A stretch of DNA of 64,000 nt from a virus: positions 6,895-70,894 of the IMG/VR virus record IMGVR_UViG_3300032132_000248. One strand, given 5' to 3'. The notes under the pieces are model-generated. The model was given only the letters and a program-made list of their open reading frames with translations, did no database searches and was not told the origin of the DNA. This document shows, in pieces, positions 16,449-26,692 of this stretch. The position numbers were made by a program, and so were the translations under genes. Numbering within the stretch: position 1 is the stretch's first letter; each line of letters starts with the position of its first letter.

Positions 16449-16457
16449 TATAAATAT
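16449..16457 (-). promoter_or_regulatory. Putative promoter motif ATATTTATA
   Basis: In the gap separating the glycan island from the head-protein cluster. Confidence 0.45.
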
Positions 16458-16466
16458 ATATAATAT

Positions 16467-17426
16467 CTATTTTATACTGTTCATTTGTTTTTCAATCCAC
16501 TTATAAGTTTTTTCAATACTAACTCGTAATGGTTGTGTTGGACTCCAACCAAGTTTTTCATTTATCAAGGTATTATCTGAATTTCTACCTCTAACACCAA
16601 GTTGTGGTACATCTATATTATTAATACTAACATCTTTTTCGGAAATATCTATAATCATTTGTGCAAAATCATTAATAGAAAGAACTTCATCTGAACCAAG
16701 ATTTAATGGTTCTATACACTCCGATTTCATCAATAGTCTAATTCCTTCAATACATTCGTCAATATAAAGAAATGAACGAGTTTGTTGTCCATCTCCATAA
16801 ACTTCTATTTTCCCATTGGATTCAATTACCTTCCTACATAGTGCCGCTGGTGCTTTTTCTCTACCACCATCATATGTTCCTTCTGGACCAAATATATTAT
16901 GAAATCTTGCTATTCTTACATCAAAATCATAATTCTTTGCATATGCTAAATATAACCTCTCACTAAAAAGTTTCTCCCAACCATATTCAGAATCAGGATT
17001 GCCAGGGTATGCCATATCTTCTCTTAATGCGGGAACATCAACTTCTAATTGATGATCTTCAGGATACATACAAGCAGATGATGAATAGAATACTTTCTTC
17101 ACTCCGTGTCTTTTCATAGAATCTACTATATTGAGATTTATCATCGCTGAATTGTGCATTATATCTGAATCATTCTCACCCGTAAAAATAAAATCAGCTC
17201 CACCCATATCTGCTGCTAACTGATATATCTCATCAACTCCATCTACACACATATCTACAACAGATAATTTTCTTAAATCATCTTTAATAAATACATCTGC
17301 TTCTGATTCACTAAACTCAGGATATTTTAAATCGACTCCACGAACAAAATAACCTTCTTTTTTTAATATTTTAACTAAATGTGAGCCTATAAATCCACCT
17401 GCCCCACAAACTAATGCTTTTTTCAT
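16467..17426 (-). CDS. NAD-dependent epimerase, GDP-mannose 3,5-epimerase-like
   Basis: GAGGFIG, QLAADMGG, SSACMYP, PDSEYGWEK, GGREKAPAALCRK. Confidence 0.85.
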   Translation of the reverse strand: MKKALVCGAGGFIGSHLVKILKKEGYFVRGVDLKYPEFSESEADVFIKDDLRKLSVVDMCVDGVDEIYQLAADMGGADFIFTGENDSDIMHNSAMINLNIVDSMKRHGVKKVFYSSSACMYPEDHQLEVDVPALREDMAYPGNPDSEYGWEKLFSERLYLAYAKNYDFDVRIARFHNIFGPEGTYDGGREKAPAALCRKVIESNGKIEVYGDGQQTRSFLYIDECIEGIRLLMKSECIEPLNLGSDEVLSINDFAQMIIDISEKDVSINNIDVPQLGVRGRNSDNTLINEKLGWSPTQPLRVSIEKTYKWIEKQMNSIK

Positions 17427-18649
17427 TTATTCATCTCTCTTTTCTTTTCTATATCCTTAAATAACTTTATTATTATTTTTTCTATATCTATATTATGTAA
17501 TATTTTACAGTTATGTCTTATTTTAGGTATTATTGAAACATATATTTTATGTAATTCTTCATCATCCATATCACAAAGTTTCTTAACTTCCTTATATATA
17601 AAATCAATTCTTTCATAATTATCTTCTATATCATCATAACTTTCATCAAACATTTCAGGAAAAGTTTTGAATCCCAGACTTCTAATATATTTTAGTATAC
17701 CACACCCACCAATAATTATAAAAGGATGAAATGATATAGCCTTGTAAATTTTTTCTGTTATCTTACAAGGATTATCTTTAAAAAATGGAAGCATCTCTGC
17801 TTCAGTTACCAGACTAAAATATGATTTTTTAAGATTTAAAATATAATCTTTATTAACTAACATTGAATTTGTAAAATAAATAGGATTTTTAAAATCATCC
17901 GAACTCATATCAAATGTTATTGGTAGTTTACTTATAGTTCTACTAATAGACTTTTCATCAATACTTTTAGAAAATTCTTTTAAGTCTGATAACATTTTAT
18001 CTTCTGAATCATTACACTTATTTACCATAGATATCATAGATTTCTTATCCAATTCTCCATCTAATATTTTACTAATTATCAATAATCTCTGGGGTGTAGA
18101 AGTAGCATTTAAACATATAAATCTATGTGTCTTTTTATACTCAGACAAATCTTTAAAATAAAAATCATCCACATCATCTAAAACTTTTGGTACATACAAT
18201 GCACATTCAACAAGTTGTTGGTCAAACCCAACTTCTTTATTATACTTTTTTCCAAGATTCATTGTTATAAAAACTATATCTATATCTAAATTATATTTAC
18301 TTATTTTTTGTATTATACTTGATACATCAAATTCATTGATAAGTTCACCTCCCCTATCAATAACTAATTTTATTTTACCTCGTGATAACTCTTTCAATAT
18401 TTTTTCATCAAATACAATATTCGTTTCTAAAATATCATTATAAGAAAGTAGGAATAAATACAAATTATCTTCGGATACATCAAATTCTTCAAGTTTTATT
18501 AACTCTTTTATATTTGGCGATTCATCATTATTTTGAATACCTATCATTTTTACATATTCTATTTCTTCGGTATTTGAAAATAGTTGATTATCGAGCATTA
18601 AATAACCGAAAAAGTGGCCACTATCACCACATACAATAATCTTCTTCAT
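17423..18649 (-). CDS. Putative GT-B/GT10-like glycosyltransferase (paralog family A)
   Basis: SYFSLVTE...ITEKIYKAI..HPFIIIG...GFKTF...FDESYD. Confidence 0.5.
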   Translation of the reverse strand: MKKIIVCGDSGHFFGYLMLDNQLFSNTEEIEYVKMIGIQNNDESPNIKELIKLEEFDVSEDNLYLFLLSYNDILETNIVFDEKILKELSRGKIKLVIDRGGELINEFDVSSIIQKISKYNLDIDIVFITMNLGKKYNKEVGFDQQLVECALYVPKVLDDVDDFYFKDLSEYKKTHRFICLNATSTPQRLLIISKILDGELDKKSMISMVNKCNDSEDKMLSDLKEFSKSIDEKSISRTISKLPITFDMSSDDFKNPIYFTNSMLVNKDYILNLKKSYFSLVTEAEMLPFFKDNPCKITEKIYKAISFHPFIIIGGCGILKYIRSLGFKTFPEMFDESYDDIEDNYERIDFIYKEVKKLCDMDDEELHKIYVSIIPKIRHNCKILHNIDIEKIIIKLFKDIEKKREMNK

Positions 18650-19308
18650 AATTCTTTATAATACCCTCCCAGTAAAAACTTCTTTAATTTATCGTTAGAT
18701 GCTTCCTCAAAATTTGGATCATATTTAGAAAGTGGCATAATTCTAAAATCTAAACTAATTCTTGTCATATTTGTTACATTAGGTTTATTTCCGTGCATAC
18801 AAACATTCCCCTCATTAGTCCAAAAGTTTCCATAATCTCCTTCTAATGGTTTGAAATCTAATTTGAATGGTTCGGACTCAATCCACATAGTATTTGTTCC
18901 ATAACATTTAGTTAATGGTATCCAAATATTTATTTCACCTTTAGGATGTTTATGTAATTGATCTGAATCTGAATGCCAAGTATGTATAGCCTGATTATTA
19001 TATGGCAAATGTATTCTAAAACTTGGTAAATATTGATAATGAAATTTCTCATTAAATATCGGAACAATTTCAGTATGTATAAAATCATCATAAGACTTGT
19101 ACAATTCTGTCCAATTATCATTTAACCTTTTATAAAATATTTCGTGAAAATCAGTAGTGTTCTCATTATGAACATTTAATTTTTTATATTCATCTCTAAC
19201 CCAATCAGATTTATCTTCATGTATTTTCTCTAAATCATCTACTTGAAATAATTCAGATACCAATTCTCTAAATCTATATTTGTCTGTATTATATTTATAC
19301 TTTTTCAT
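18646..19308 (-). CDS. 2OG-Fe(II) oxygenase-like (StrG/PhyH-like)
   Basis: WHSD (HxD), INIWIPLT, HGNKPN, TRISLDFR. Confidence 0.7.
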   Translation of the reverse strand: MKKYKYNTDKYRFRELVSELFQVDDLEKIHEDKSDWVRDEYKKLNVHNENTTDFHEIFYKRLNDNWTELYKSYDDFIHTEIVPIFNEKFHYQYLPSFRIHLPYNNQAIHTWHSDSDQLHKHPKGEINIWIPLTKCYGTNTMWIESEPFKLDFKPLEGDYGNFWTNEGNVCMHGNKPNVTNMTRISLDFRIMPLSKYDPNFEEASNDKLKKFLLGGYYKEL

Positions 19309-20195
19309 TTTATTTTATCACCTATTGCATATGAGATACATAAACGATTAACTTCCGTTCCCCTATTTAATTCTTTATATTTATCTCCACCAAATGCAAA
19401 TATAACACAATCACTTGGTTTCAAATTATTCTCTTTACATACCTCAAGTTGTTTATCTTTCCATTTATTTACCGTAAAATCTGGAGGGAAATGAGATAAC
19501 AATTCGGTACCAAGATGTGCTGATAAAAAACTATATTGATGAAATTCTATAGACATATGAATATTATCATCATAATATTTTTTAGAATATCTAGTTCCTG
19601 CACGTAATCTATTAGCTAAATGAAAACCTTTACTTAAACTAAATGTTATATCTTCAATACACTTATACTCTGTAAAATCAAACTCTATATCTTGTCCAAT
19701 TAAATAATATGCACAATCAATCAATACAGGCACTTCCCATCTTTCACACTCATCTAATATCTCTCTCATCTTTGGATGTTCTTTACCATAATCTGAAAAT
19801 GGTAAACTAATAACTACCGCATCATTTGTTTGAATATGGTCATCTTCCAAATAACACCAATTATGAAATTTTTTCCAATTAGCCTGATGATAGAAAAATT
19901 CTCCTTTAAAACATCTAAACCTTTTTTTATTGTGTCTAATCCAAAAAGAATCAAATGCTTGACTTGTACCATGAATAAAGGATCTATGTTTATAATCATC
20001 CAATCCTTTCAAATTATTTAACTTTGATGATTTAATATATTTGTCAAATTTATCTACAAAAATTTCACCAGTGTTTGGAAATGAATAATGCTCACTATTC
20101 ATAATAGGATTAACTCCGTCTTTAAAAGAATCTCTCCAAAATTTAGCTACTTCTAAATCTGGAATAGCTATTGTATCATTATATATTTTTACCAT
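19305..20195 (-). CDS. PLP-dependent fold-type I enzyme (aminotransferase-like)
   Basis: GTSQAF, VLIDCAY (DxA), FSLSKGF (Schiff-base Lys), RAG. Confidence 0.65.
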   Translation of the reverse strand: MVKIYNDTIAIPDLEVAKFWRDSFKDGVNPIMNSEHYSFPNTGEIFVDKFDKYIKSSKLNNLKGLDDYKHRSFIHGTSQAFDSFWIRHNKKRFRCFKGEFFYHQANWKKFHNWCYLEDDHIQTNDAVVISLPFSDYGKEHPKMREILDECERWEVPVLIDCAYYLIGQDIEFDFTEYKCIEDITFSLSKGFHLANRLRAGTRYSKKYYDDNIHMSIEFHQYSFLSAHLGTELLSHFPPDFTVNKWKDKQLEVCKENNLKPSDCVIFAFGGDKYKELNRGTEVNRLCISYAIGDKIK

Positions 20196-21400
20196 TTTAA
20201 AAAATTCTCTAATTTTTTATGCTCATCAATAATAAAAGTATTGAAAAAATGATTATAATTATATCTCAAAATATCTTCCATTTTCCAATACCAATCATCT
20301 AATTCTTCTATACTTTTAGAACACAATCTTTTTATCTCAGAATAAATTATTCTTTTCCGTTCCTCATAAGTTTCTAATCCATCATAAGATTCATCAATAA
20401 AACCGTCAAATGTTTTAAATCCCCATTCCTGTAATTTATTTAAATTATTTTTAGTTGATATTAAAATAAATGGTTGAAAAGATATTATAGGTTTCCATAC
20501 TTTTTCTGTAATCATAATTTTTTGTGGATTTGTATTATCATAACCAGGACCCCAAGCACTTTCCGTAACTATATTAAAATAGCAATCAAAATGTGGTACT
20601 ATATTCAAGTAGTCCTGTTGTCCAAGAACTTTTAAATCTCCTTTATTACCAATGAGTTTTTTTTCTTCATCAGTAAACTTATACATACTATCATAAATAT
20701 TTAATATCGAAGAAGTTAATCCAGAATCTTCTCCTGTAAACCAAGATGTTAATCCATATTTCAATAAATTTTCTTTATTCAAATATCTTAATAACTCAAA
20801 TCTATGTTCTTTAACTGCGTTATTAAATGTAATATATTTATACTTTCTATAATAATTTCTACTATTATCTAATATATGAAAAAAAGTGTTATCCTTCATA
20901 TGGTTGTGTGCGGAGTATATATTATTCGCACACCTGTTATGTGTTATATATTCTCCCTTTAATTCAAATGCCTTTTTCTCTTTATTAATAATAGATTCGA
21001 ATAACATATATTTTACATTTTTGGTAGAAATTTTATTATTGTTAAGAATATCTGTAATATTAAACAAAGAAGAATTAGGTCTATAATCTCCATCCACAAT
21101 TTCAGGAGTAAAAAGAATTACTTTACACAAATCATTTCTCATATCATCAACAATTTTTTTATAATTACTATCTGTTGTTAATTTTAACATCGAATTATAA
21201 AAATTTGAAGATTCATAAAATACAAAATATTTTTCCTCTGGAATTGTCATCAAAACATTTAATTGAGTATAAAACGTATGAGACTCAATACTCGGATTTG
21301 TTTTACAAATATAATCTATAAAAGTCTTTTTATCATGAGAATTTTTAATATCATTATCATTAGATGGTAATTCTTCACTTATAAAAATTAAATTATTCAT
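20189..21400 (-). CDS. Putative GT10-like glycosyltransferase (family A)
   Basis: YFNIVTES...ITEKVWKPI..FQPFI...GFKTF..FIDESYD. Confidence 0.5.
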   Translation of the reverse strand: MNNLIFISEELPSNDNDIKNSHDKKTFIDYICKTNPSIESHTFYTQLNVLMTIPEEKYFVFYESSNFYNSMLKLTTDSNYKKIVDDMRNDLCKVILFTPEIVDGDYRPNSSLFNITDILNNNKISTKNVKYMLFESIINKEKKAFELKGEYITHNRCANNIYSAHNHMKDNTFFHILDNSRNYYRKYKYITFNNAVKEHRFELLRYLNKENLLKYGLTSWFTGEDSGLTSSILNIYDSMYKFTDEEKKLIGNKGDLKVLGQQDYLNIVPHFDCYFNIVTESAWGPGYDNTNPQKIMITEKVWKPIISFQPFILISTKNNLNKLQEWGFKTFDGFIDESYDGLETYEERKRIIYSEIKRLCSKSIEELDDWYWKMEDILRYNYNHFFNTFIIDEHKKLENFLKW

Positions 21401-22710
21401 AATGTATTCTCAATATCTTCAATTAATTTATTTTTCAACTTAGGAATAAATGTTTTATAAAAATAATAATAATTATGTTTTAAAATATCTACGATTGACC
21501 AATACCATTCATGAATTTCTTCTATTGGTTTATTACATAATTTAATAATTTCATTTTCTATCATATCAAATCTTTTATCTATATCTAAAACGTCATCATA
21601 ACTCTCATCAATAAATGGTGAAAAAGTTTTAAATCCATATTCCCGTAATTTTTTTAATGCTCCCACATCATCTAAATAAATAAATGGTTGAAAATTTGTT
21701 ATTGGTTTCCATATTTTTTCACTAAAAATTAATTGATCACTAAAATCAGTAAAATTATTACCAGTAACAATCTGAAAATAGCTGTCTAGATAATATTTTA
21801 CATCAAATTGTTCATATGAATATTTTGTAGTACTTAAATCTTCTACATCAATTACTAACGGCATTTTTTTCTCTAAAGATTTTTCTTCATAATCCAAAAC
21901 CATATCTCTCCAATTAAAAGTCGAATCTTTTATATTATTTGCAAAAGATACATATCCTTTATCCAATAATTTATTTTTATCTAAACTTAAAACTAAATCA
22001 ACTCTATGATCTTTCGGTATCCTGTTAAATGAAAGATAATATTTATTTCTTAATTTATCTCTAATATTCAACCACTTTTTCATATTTTTTGATGATTTTA
22101 AATTACCGTGATATAACATTCTTGCGTACTGTGATGTATATCTCCACCAATCTATTGCACAATATTCATATTGTATAATATTAATATCTGTATCTATCTG
22201 TGATTTATCTAATCTATTATTACTATCCATATAAATAAAATCTTTTTGTGCAATTTTATTTTTATCTAATAAAAAATGTAATCTTTCAAGTAGAGGTTTA
22301 TGTAAAATAGAATCTCTATGATGTGATCCTAGTCCCTCATATCCATAATTAAGTAAAATTTTACACTTTCCATCCTGTGCATCTTTTATTACTTTACTTG
22401 AAATAGAATCAAAAACACTCACATCTTCAAATGTATCAGGCCATTTATTATATCCCATAGAGTATGCAAAAGAATTTATATCAATAGGATAAACATAATT
22501 AGATTTAATTTTATCTACAGGTAAAGTTTCTACATTTAAATGTTCCCATTCTCGGATTGAACTTTTTATATAATCTATAGTAATATCCTGAAACATACCT
22601 AAAAATACATTCCCGCAATTACAAATTTTTCTTCCTTGAAATTCATAATCTTCACAATTAGGTAATGGATCACCATTTTCTTCTTTAAATTTATTAAAAC
22701 CAAAAATCAT
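21397..22710 (-). CDS. Putative GT10-like glycosyltransferase (family A)
   Basis: SFNRIPKDHR, SYFQIVT, FSEKIWKPI, GFKTFSPFIDESYD. Confidence 0.5.
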   Translation of the reverse strand: MIFGFNKFKEENGDPLPNCEDYEFQGRKICNCGNVFLGMFQDITIDYIKSSIREWEHLNVETLPVDKIKSNYVYPIDINSFAYSMGYNKWPDTFEDVSVFDSISSKVIKDAQDGKCKILLNYGYEGLGSHHRDSILHKPLLERLHFLLDKNKIAQKDFIYMDSNNRLDKSQIDTDINIIQYEYCAIDWWRYTSQYARMLYHGNLKSSKNMKKWLNIRDKLRNKYYLSFNRIPKDHRVDLVLSLDKNKLLDKGYVSFANNIKDSTFNWRDMVLDYEEKSLEKKMPLVIDVEDLSTTKYSYEQFDVKYYLDSYFQIVTGNNFTDFSDQLIFSEKIWKPITNFQPFIYLDDVGALKKLREYGFKTFSPFIDESYDDVLDIDKRFDMIENEIIKLCNKPIEEIHEWYWSIVDILKHNYYYFYKTFIPKLKNKLIEDIENTL

Positions 22711-22735
22711 TTTATATCCTTTATTAATATTCTCA

Positions 22736-24691
22736 CTATATTGTATTTATTATATTTGCCTTTCCTGCTCCACTCTTTCTTATATACCATAACTCTTTAC
22801 CATATTGATGATAATCACCATCATAATTATTTGCATTTAATTCAAATTTATAATCACCCAATTTAAGTTTTTTATTATTGTGTATAACTTCTGTAAAATT
22901 ATACAGTGTATTCGTCTGCATTGGATAATAATTAGTAGGATCTACCATATTAATTTTTTGAAAATTAATCAAAGAATTTAATACTTGTATATCAATATCA
23001 AAATTACTTTTTAAAAACAAACTAAATTCTTTATAAAATTTATTTTTATTTTTTATAAATACTAATGCCGATACTTCTTCTTTTTCTCCTTGAAAATTAC
23101 CAAATTCTTTTATAGTTCTGCCCCAAAGTGTCTTTGGTGTTGGTTCTGTAATTATTTTAGTTATATGATTTTTAGTTTCTATTAACTCTTGTCCTATAAT
23201 AGACATTGGGTTATCAAATGCATATCTAAATAACTTTTTATAAAATTCTTCATATTCAACATCATTATGTTCTCTGAAAAATCTTGAAATATATTGTGTG
23301 AATCCCATATGATGACACGTAGAAACTATCCACGAAAATAAATACATATCTACCCATTCAGGTGTTGTCAATTTATTATGTTCAATTACTAAATCAACTT
23401 CTTCATAAATCTTATCTGAAGGTTCTACCCATCTTGCTATTGGTGCCAATATTCTCTTTGTTTTTATTCCATGTTTTTTAATATAATTCTTATCACCAAA
23501 AGGTGTATTTCTAAGTGCAGATAAAACATACATACCTACATAATTATGTTCACCCAATTCTAGTATTTTACATAGTCCTTGTTTAAAACTTTCTAATGTT
23601 TCATCTGGCAATCCAAGTATTATTTCAACATATGTAGATATTCCTGCATCCTCATATAATTTAGTAATCCGTTTCATATCACTATCATCAACAAGATTTT
23701 TTCTTTTGATAGATTTTAAAGTTGGTTCATTCATTGATTGTAAAGCCAAAGTCATACCCCTATGTAATCCTACACTATGAAGAACTTTTGCTATATTAAA
23801 TAGTTTTTCAGCTTTACTCTTTGCCCAATCAACACGGTAAGTTTGTGGATTATCATACTTTTCATTACATTGAACTAAAAATTTTGCTATTTCCATATCT
23901 CTATCATAATACAATCCAAAATTAGAATTTGCATCATCAATATAATCTATTCCATGTGAACCAATCCATTCTATTTCTGAAAATAACTGTTCTAATGGTT
24001 GTTGATTTACCTTAGTGAAATATGAATCACCTATTTCACAAAAAGTACAAGAATATGGACATCCTCGTGCACTTTCAAGAACAGCTGAAAAAATAAAACC
24101 TTCTTTTTTATATTTTTCATAAATATCATCAAACAGTCCATCCAAATAAGGTGATGGTGATTCTCTTAAATCTGTTATTCTTTGTCGTGATAAAGTAGTT
24201 ATATAACTATTTTTATTTATAATACTACATCCTTCAATAGTTGTATAATCTGGTTTATCTTTTAGAGTTTCAAGTAATATTTCTTCAAATGTTAATTCCC
24301 CCTCACCATGAACTATGATATCTAAATATGGATAATCCTTATACCATTCTGGATTTTGTAATAACCATTGTTCATTTGGTGGTTCTTTTCCACCAAAAAC
24401 TATTAAACAATTTGGATATTTATCTTTTATTTTTTGTGCTAAAATTTTATTAAATTTCCAATTCCAAGTAAAACAAGAAAATCCAACAATTGACGGATTC
24501 TCTATCTTATCAAAAACTTCATCTATATCATCTCTATAACAAATCCAATCGGATAACTCATAATTATTTTTGATTTCTTGGTTTTGTAAACAATACGACC
24601 AAATTAAACCTGTACTATATGGTAACTTTAATTTTTTTTCAAAATTAGAATATACGGAATCTACTTCAACAAAATATAATTTTTTCTTCAT
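22736..24691 (-). CDS. Cobalamin-binding radical SAM protein
   Basis: N-terminal B12-binding-like region (GFSC..WN, VFGG, GEGE), RGCPYSCTFC, DANSNFG, ILGLP.ET. Confidence 0.88.
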   Translation of the reverse strand: MKKKLYFVEVDSVYSNFEKKLKLPYSTGLIWSYCLQNQEIKNNYELSDWICYRDDIDEVFDKIENPSIVGFSCFTWNWKFNKILAQKIKDKYPNCLIVFGGKEPPNEQWLLQNPEWYKDYPYLDIIVHGEGELTFEEILLETLKDKPDYTTIEGCSIINKNSYITTLSRQRITDLRESPSPYLDGLFDDIYEKYKKEGFIFSAVLESARGCPYSCTFCEIGDSYFTKVNQQPLEQLFSEIEWIGSHGIDYIDDANSNFGLYYDRDMEIAKFLVQCNEKYDNPQTYRVDWAKSKAEKLFNIAKVLHSVGLHRGMTLALQSMNEPTLKSIKRKNLVDDSDMKRITKLYEDAGISTYVEIILGLPDETLESFKQGLCKILELGEHNYVGMYVLSALRNTPFGDKNYIKKHGIKTKRILAPIARWVEPSDKIYEEVDLVIEHNKLTTPEWVDMYLFSWIVSTCHHMGFTQYISRFFREHNDVEYEEFYKKLFRYAFDNPMSIIGQELIETKNHITKIITEPTPKTLWGRTIKEFGNFQGEKEEVSALVFIKNKNKFYKEFSLFLKSNFDIDIQVLNSLINFQKINMVDPTNYYPMQTNTLYNFTEVIHNNKKLKLGDYKFELNANNYDGDYHQYGKELWYIRKSGAGKANIINTI

Positions 24692-26691
24692 TTTGATTCC
24701 TCTATTACATTGGTTTTATATTCCCCACGATGTCTTAACCACCATAATTTTTCACAGGCAAACTGAAATGTATCACCATAATATCCATCTTTATTTTCTG
24801 GTTGTTCAAATCTAAATTTATGTCCACTATTTTTTGGTATATTTGTTTTACCTACAACACACTCATGAATATTATAATCAAAAGTTTCCACAATAGGATA
24901 CACATCAAACGGATTAACGACTGAATTTAACTGATATTTAAACAAATTCTTTTTAATCTTATTGTCAAATTTAACATTTAAATTATTAGTTATAAAATCT
25001 TCAATTTCTTTATATAGTGTTTCTTTATTTCCCAAGTGTATTTTTATTGCCGTAGCTTCATCATAGTCCCAAATAAGTTGATTTTTATTAATATCAATAT
25101 CCACTTCTTCTATTATTCTACCTAATGAAGATGCATTTTTTATTGCATATTCTAAACTCTCTACTGTTTTCCTATATTCACTACCAATAAAAGTATTCTT
25201 ATTATTTTCTGCATATTTAAAAAGTCCCCAATAAAAATCTTTATATGAAATATTAAGAACTGACCTTAAATATCTACTTATAGATTGGGTATATCCTAAC
25301 CAATGTGCCCATCCTGTCAACCATTTAAACATATATGCCCGTTTCCATTCTTTATGTGGCATAGTATTTGTTCCAATAACAATATCCCAACCACCAGATT
25401 GTGCTTCTGGATTATATGGTGTATGATTTGATTCATAAATGGATGCATACTCTATACCATACTTTTCCCCATATTCTTTTTCTGCTATAGGTGTATTCGG
25501 TAATGCTGCCAATGGAAAAGTTTTTACTGAAGTATGTTGATTTATTTCCATTAAATAACATAACCCATCTACCCAAGATTCTAAAGTTTCTTCTGGTAAT
25601 CCCATAACCAATTCAACATAAGAACCAAGATCCTTTAAATCGTATTTTGCAATAAATTCTTCTAATTTCCCATTATCAATATTCTTTCTTTTAACTGCTT
25701 TTAATGTATCTGGATTCATTGATTGTAGTGCTATAGTTACTCCAGTTTTATCAAGTTCTGCATCCGCCATTATTTTATATATTTCAATCACTCTGTCGGC
25801 ATGTCCCTTTGACCAAGCTACTGAAAATCTAATTGGGAATCCAGTTTCTTGTTTTAACTTTGCCATATGTTCTGTCAAATCTTTATGTTCTGGAAATAAA
25901 CCAAAATTAGAATCTGCACAATCTATAAACTCTATTTCTCTTTTTGCTGCCCAATCTAATTCTGCACATATTTTTTCAATAGAATGTCTTTCTATTTTAG
26001 TATATAAAGTATCTCCAATTTCACAAAATGTACATGCATATGGACAACCTCTTGATGGTTCAATAGTCATTTTAAATTTCTTTATATGGTTTGGCATCGT
26101 ATCATATAATTTATCAAATGTTCCATCAAGATAAGGACTTGGCATTGAATTTAAATCTTTGATTCTATCCCTTTGTAAATTTATATTCGTAGAAAAATCT
26201 TTACTTTTATAAGAAATTCCCAAAATCTTACTTAAATCTGGTTTATCATTTAATAATTCTACTAATAACTCTCTTGTAGTTTCTTCACCCTCGTGATGAA
26301 CAATAACATCTACATATGGTCTTACTTTAAAAAAATCAAAAATTGATGGATTTTTTCTAACCCACCTTGTATCATTAGAACGGGGTGGCATTTGTCCACC
26401 ATAAACAACCACACAATTAGGCCATTTCTGTTTAATTAATTCGGCAACTTCATTGGATAAATTCCAAGACCATACATTACAAGAAAAGAATACCACATCT
26501 GGTTTCTCTGTAATATGTTCCATAATAGAATGTTTATTATCTTTCCAATATATCCAATTACTAACATCATAGTTTTTAGATATTATTTTATCTGCTCTAC
26601 AATGACTCCATATTACACCAGTACTATACGGCAACCGAACTTCCCCGTATCCAAAAATATTACTAAATTCACATATTAAAAGGTTTTTCAT
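24688..26691 (-). CDS. Cobalamin-binding radical SAM protein (paralog of 22736-24691)
   Basis: LPYSTG, RGCPYACTFCEIG, DSNFG, MGLPEET. Confidence 0.88.
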   Translation of the reverse strand: MKNLLICEFSNIFGYGEVRLPYSTGVIWSHCRADKIISKNYDVSNWIYWKDNKHSIMEHITEKPDVVFFSCNVWSWNLSNEVAELIKQKWPNCVVVYGGQMPPRSNDTRWVRKNPSIFDFFKVRPYVDVIVHHEGEETTRELLVELLNDKPDLSKILGISYKSKDFSTNINLQRDRIKDLNSMPSPYLDGTFDKLYDTMPNHIKKFKMTIEPSRGCPYACTFCEIGDTLYTKIERHSIEKICAELDWAAKREIEFIDCADSNFGLFPEHKDLTEHMAKLKQETGFPIRFSVAWSKGHADRVIEIYKIMADAELDKTGVTIALQSMNPDTLKAVKRKNIDNGKLEEFIAKYDLKDLGSYVELVMGLPEETLESWVDGLCYLMEINQHTSVKTFPLAALPNTPIAEKEYGEKYGIEYASIYESNHTPYNPEAQSGGWDIVIGTNTMPHKEWKRAYMFKWLTGWAHWLGYTQSISRYLRSVLNISYKDFYWGLFKYAENNKNTFIGSEYRKTVESLEYAIKNASSLGRIIEEVDIDINKNQLIWDYDEATAIKIHLGNKETLYKEIEDFITNNLNVKFDNKIKKNLFKYQLNSVVNPFDVYPIVETFDYNIHECVVGKTNIPKNSGHKFRFEQPENKDGYYGDTFQFACEKLWWLRHRGEYKTNVIEESK

Positions 26692-26692
26692 A

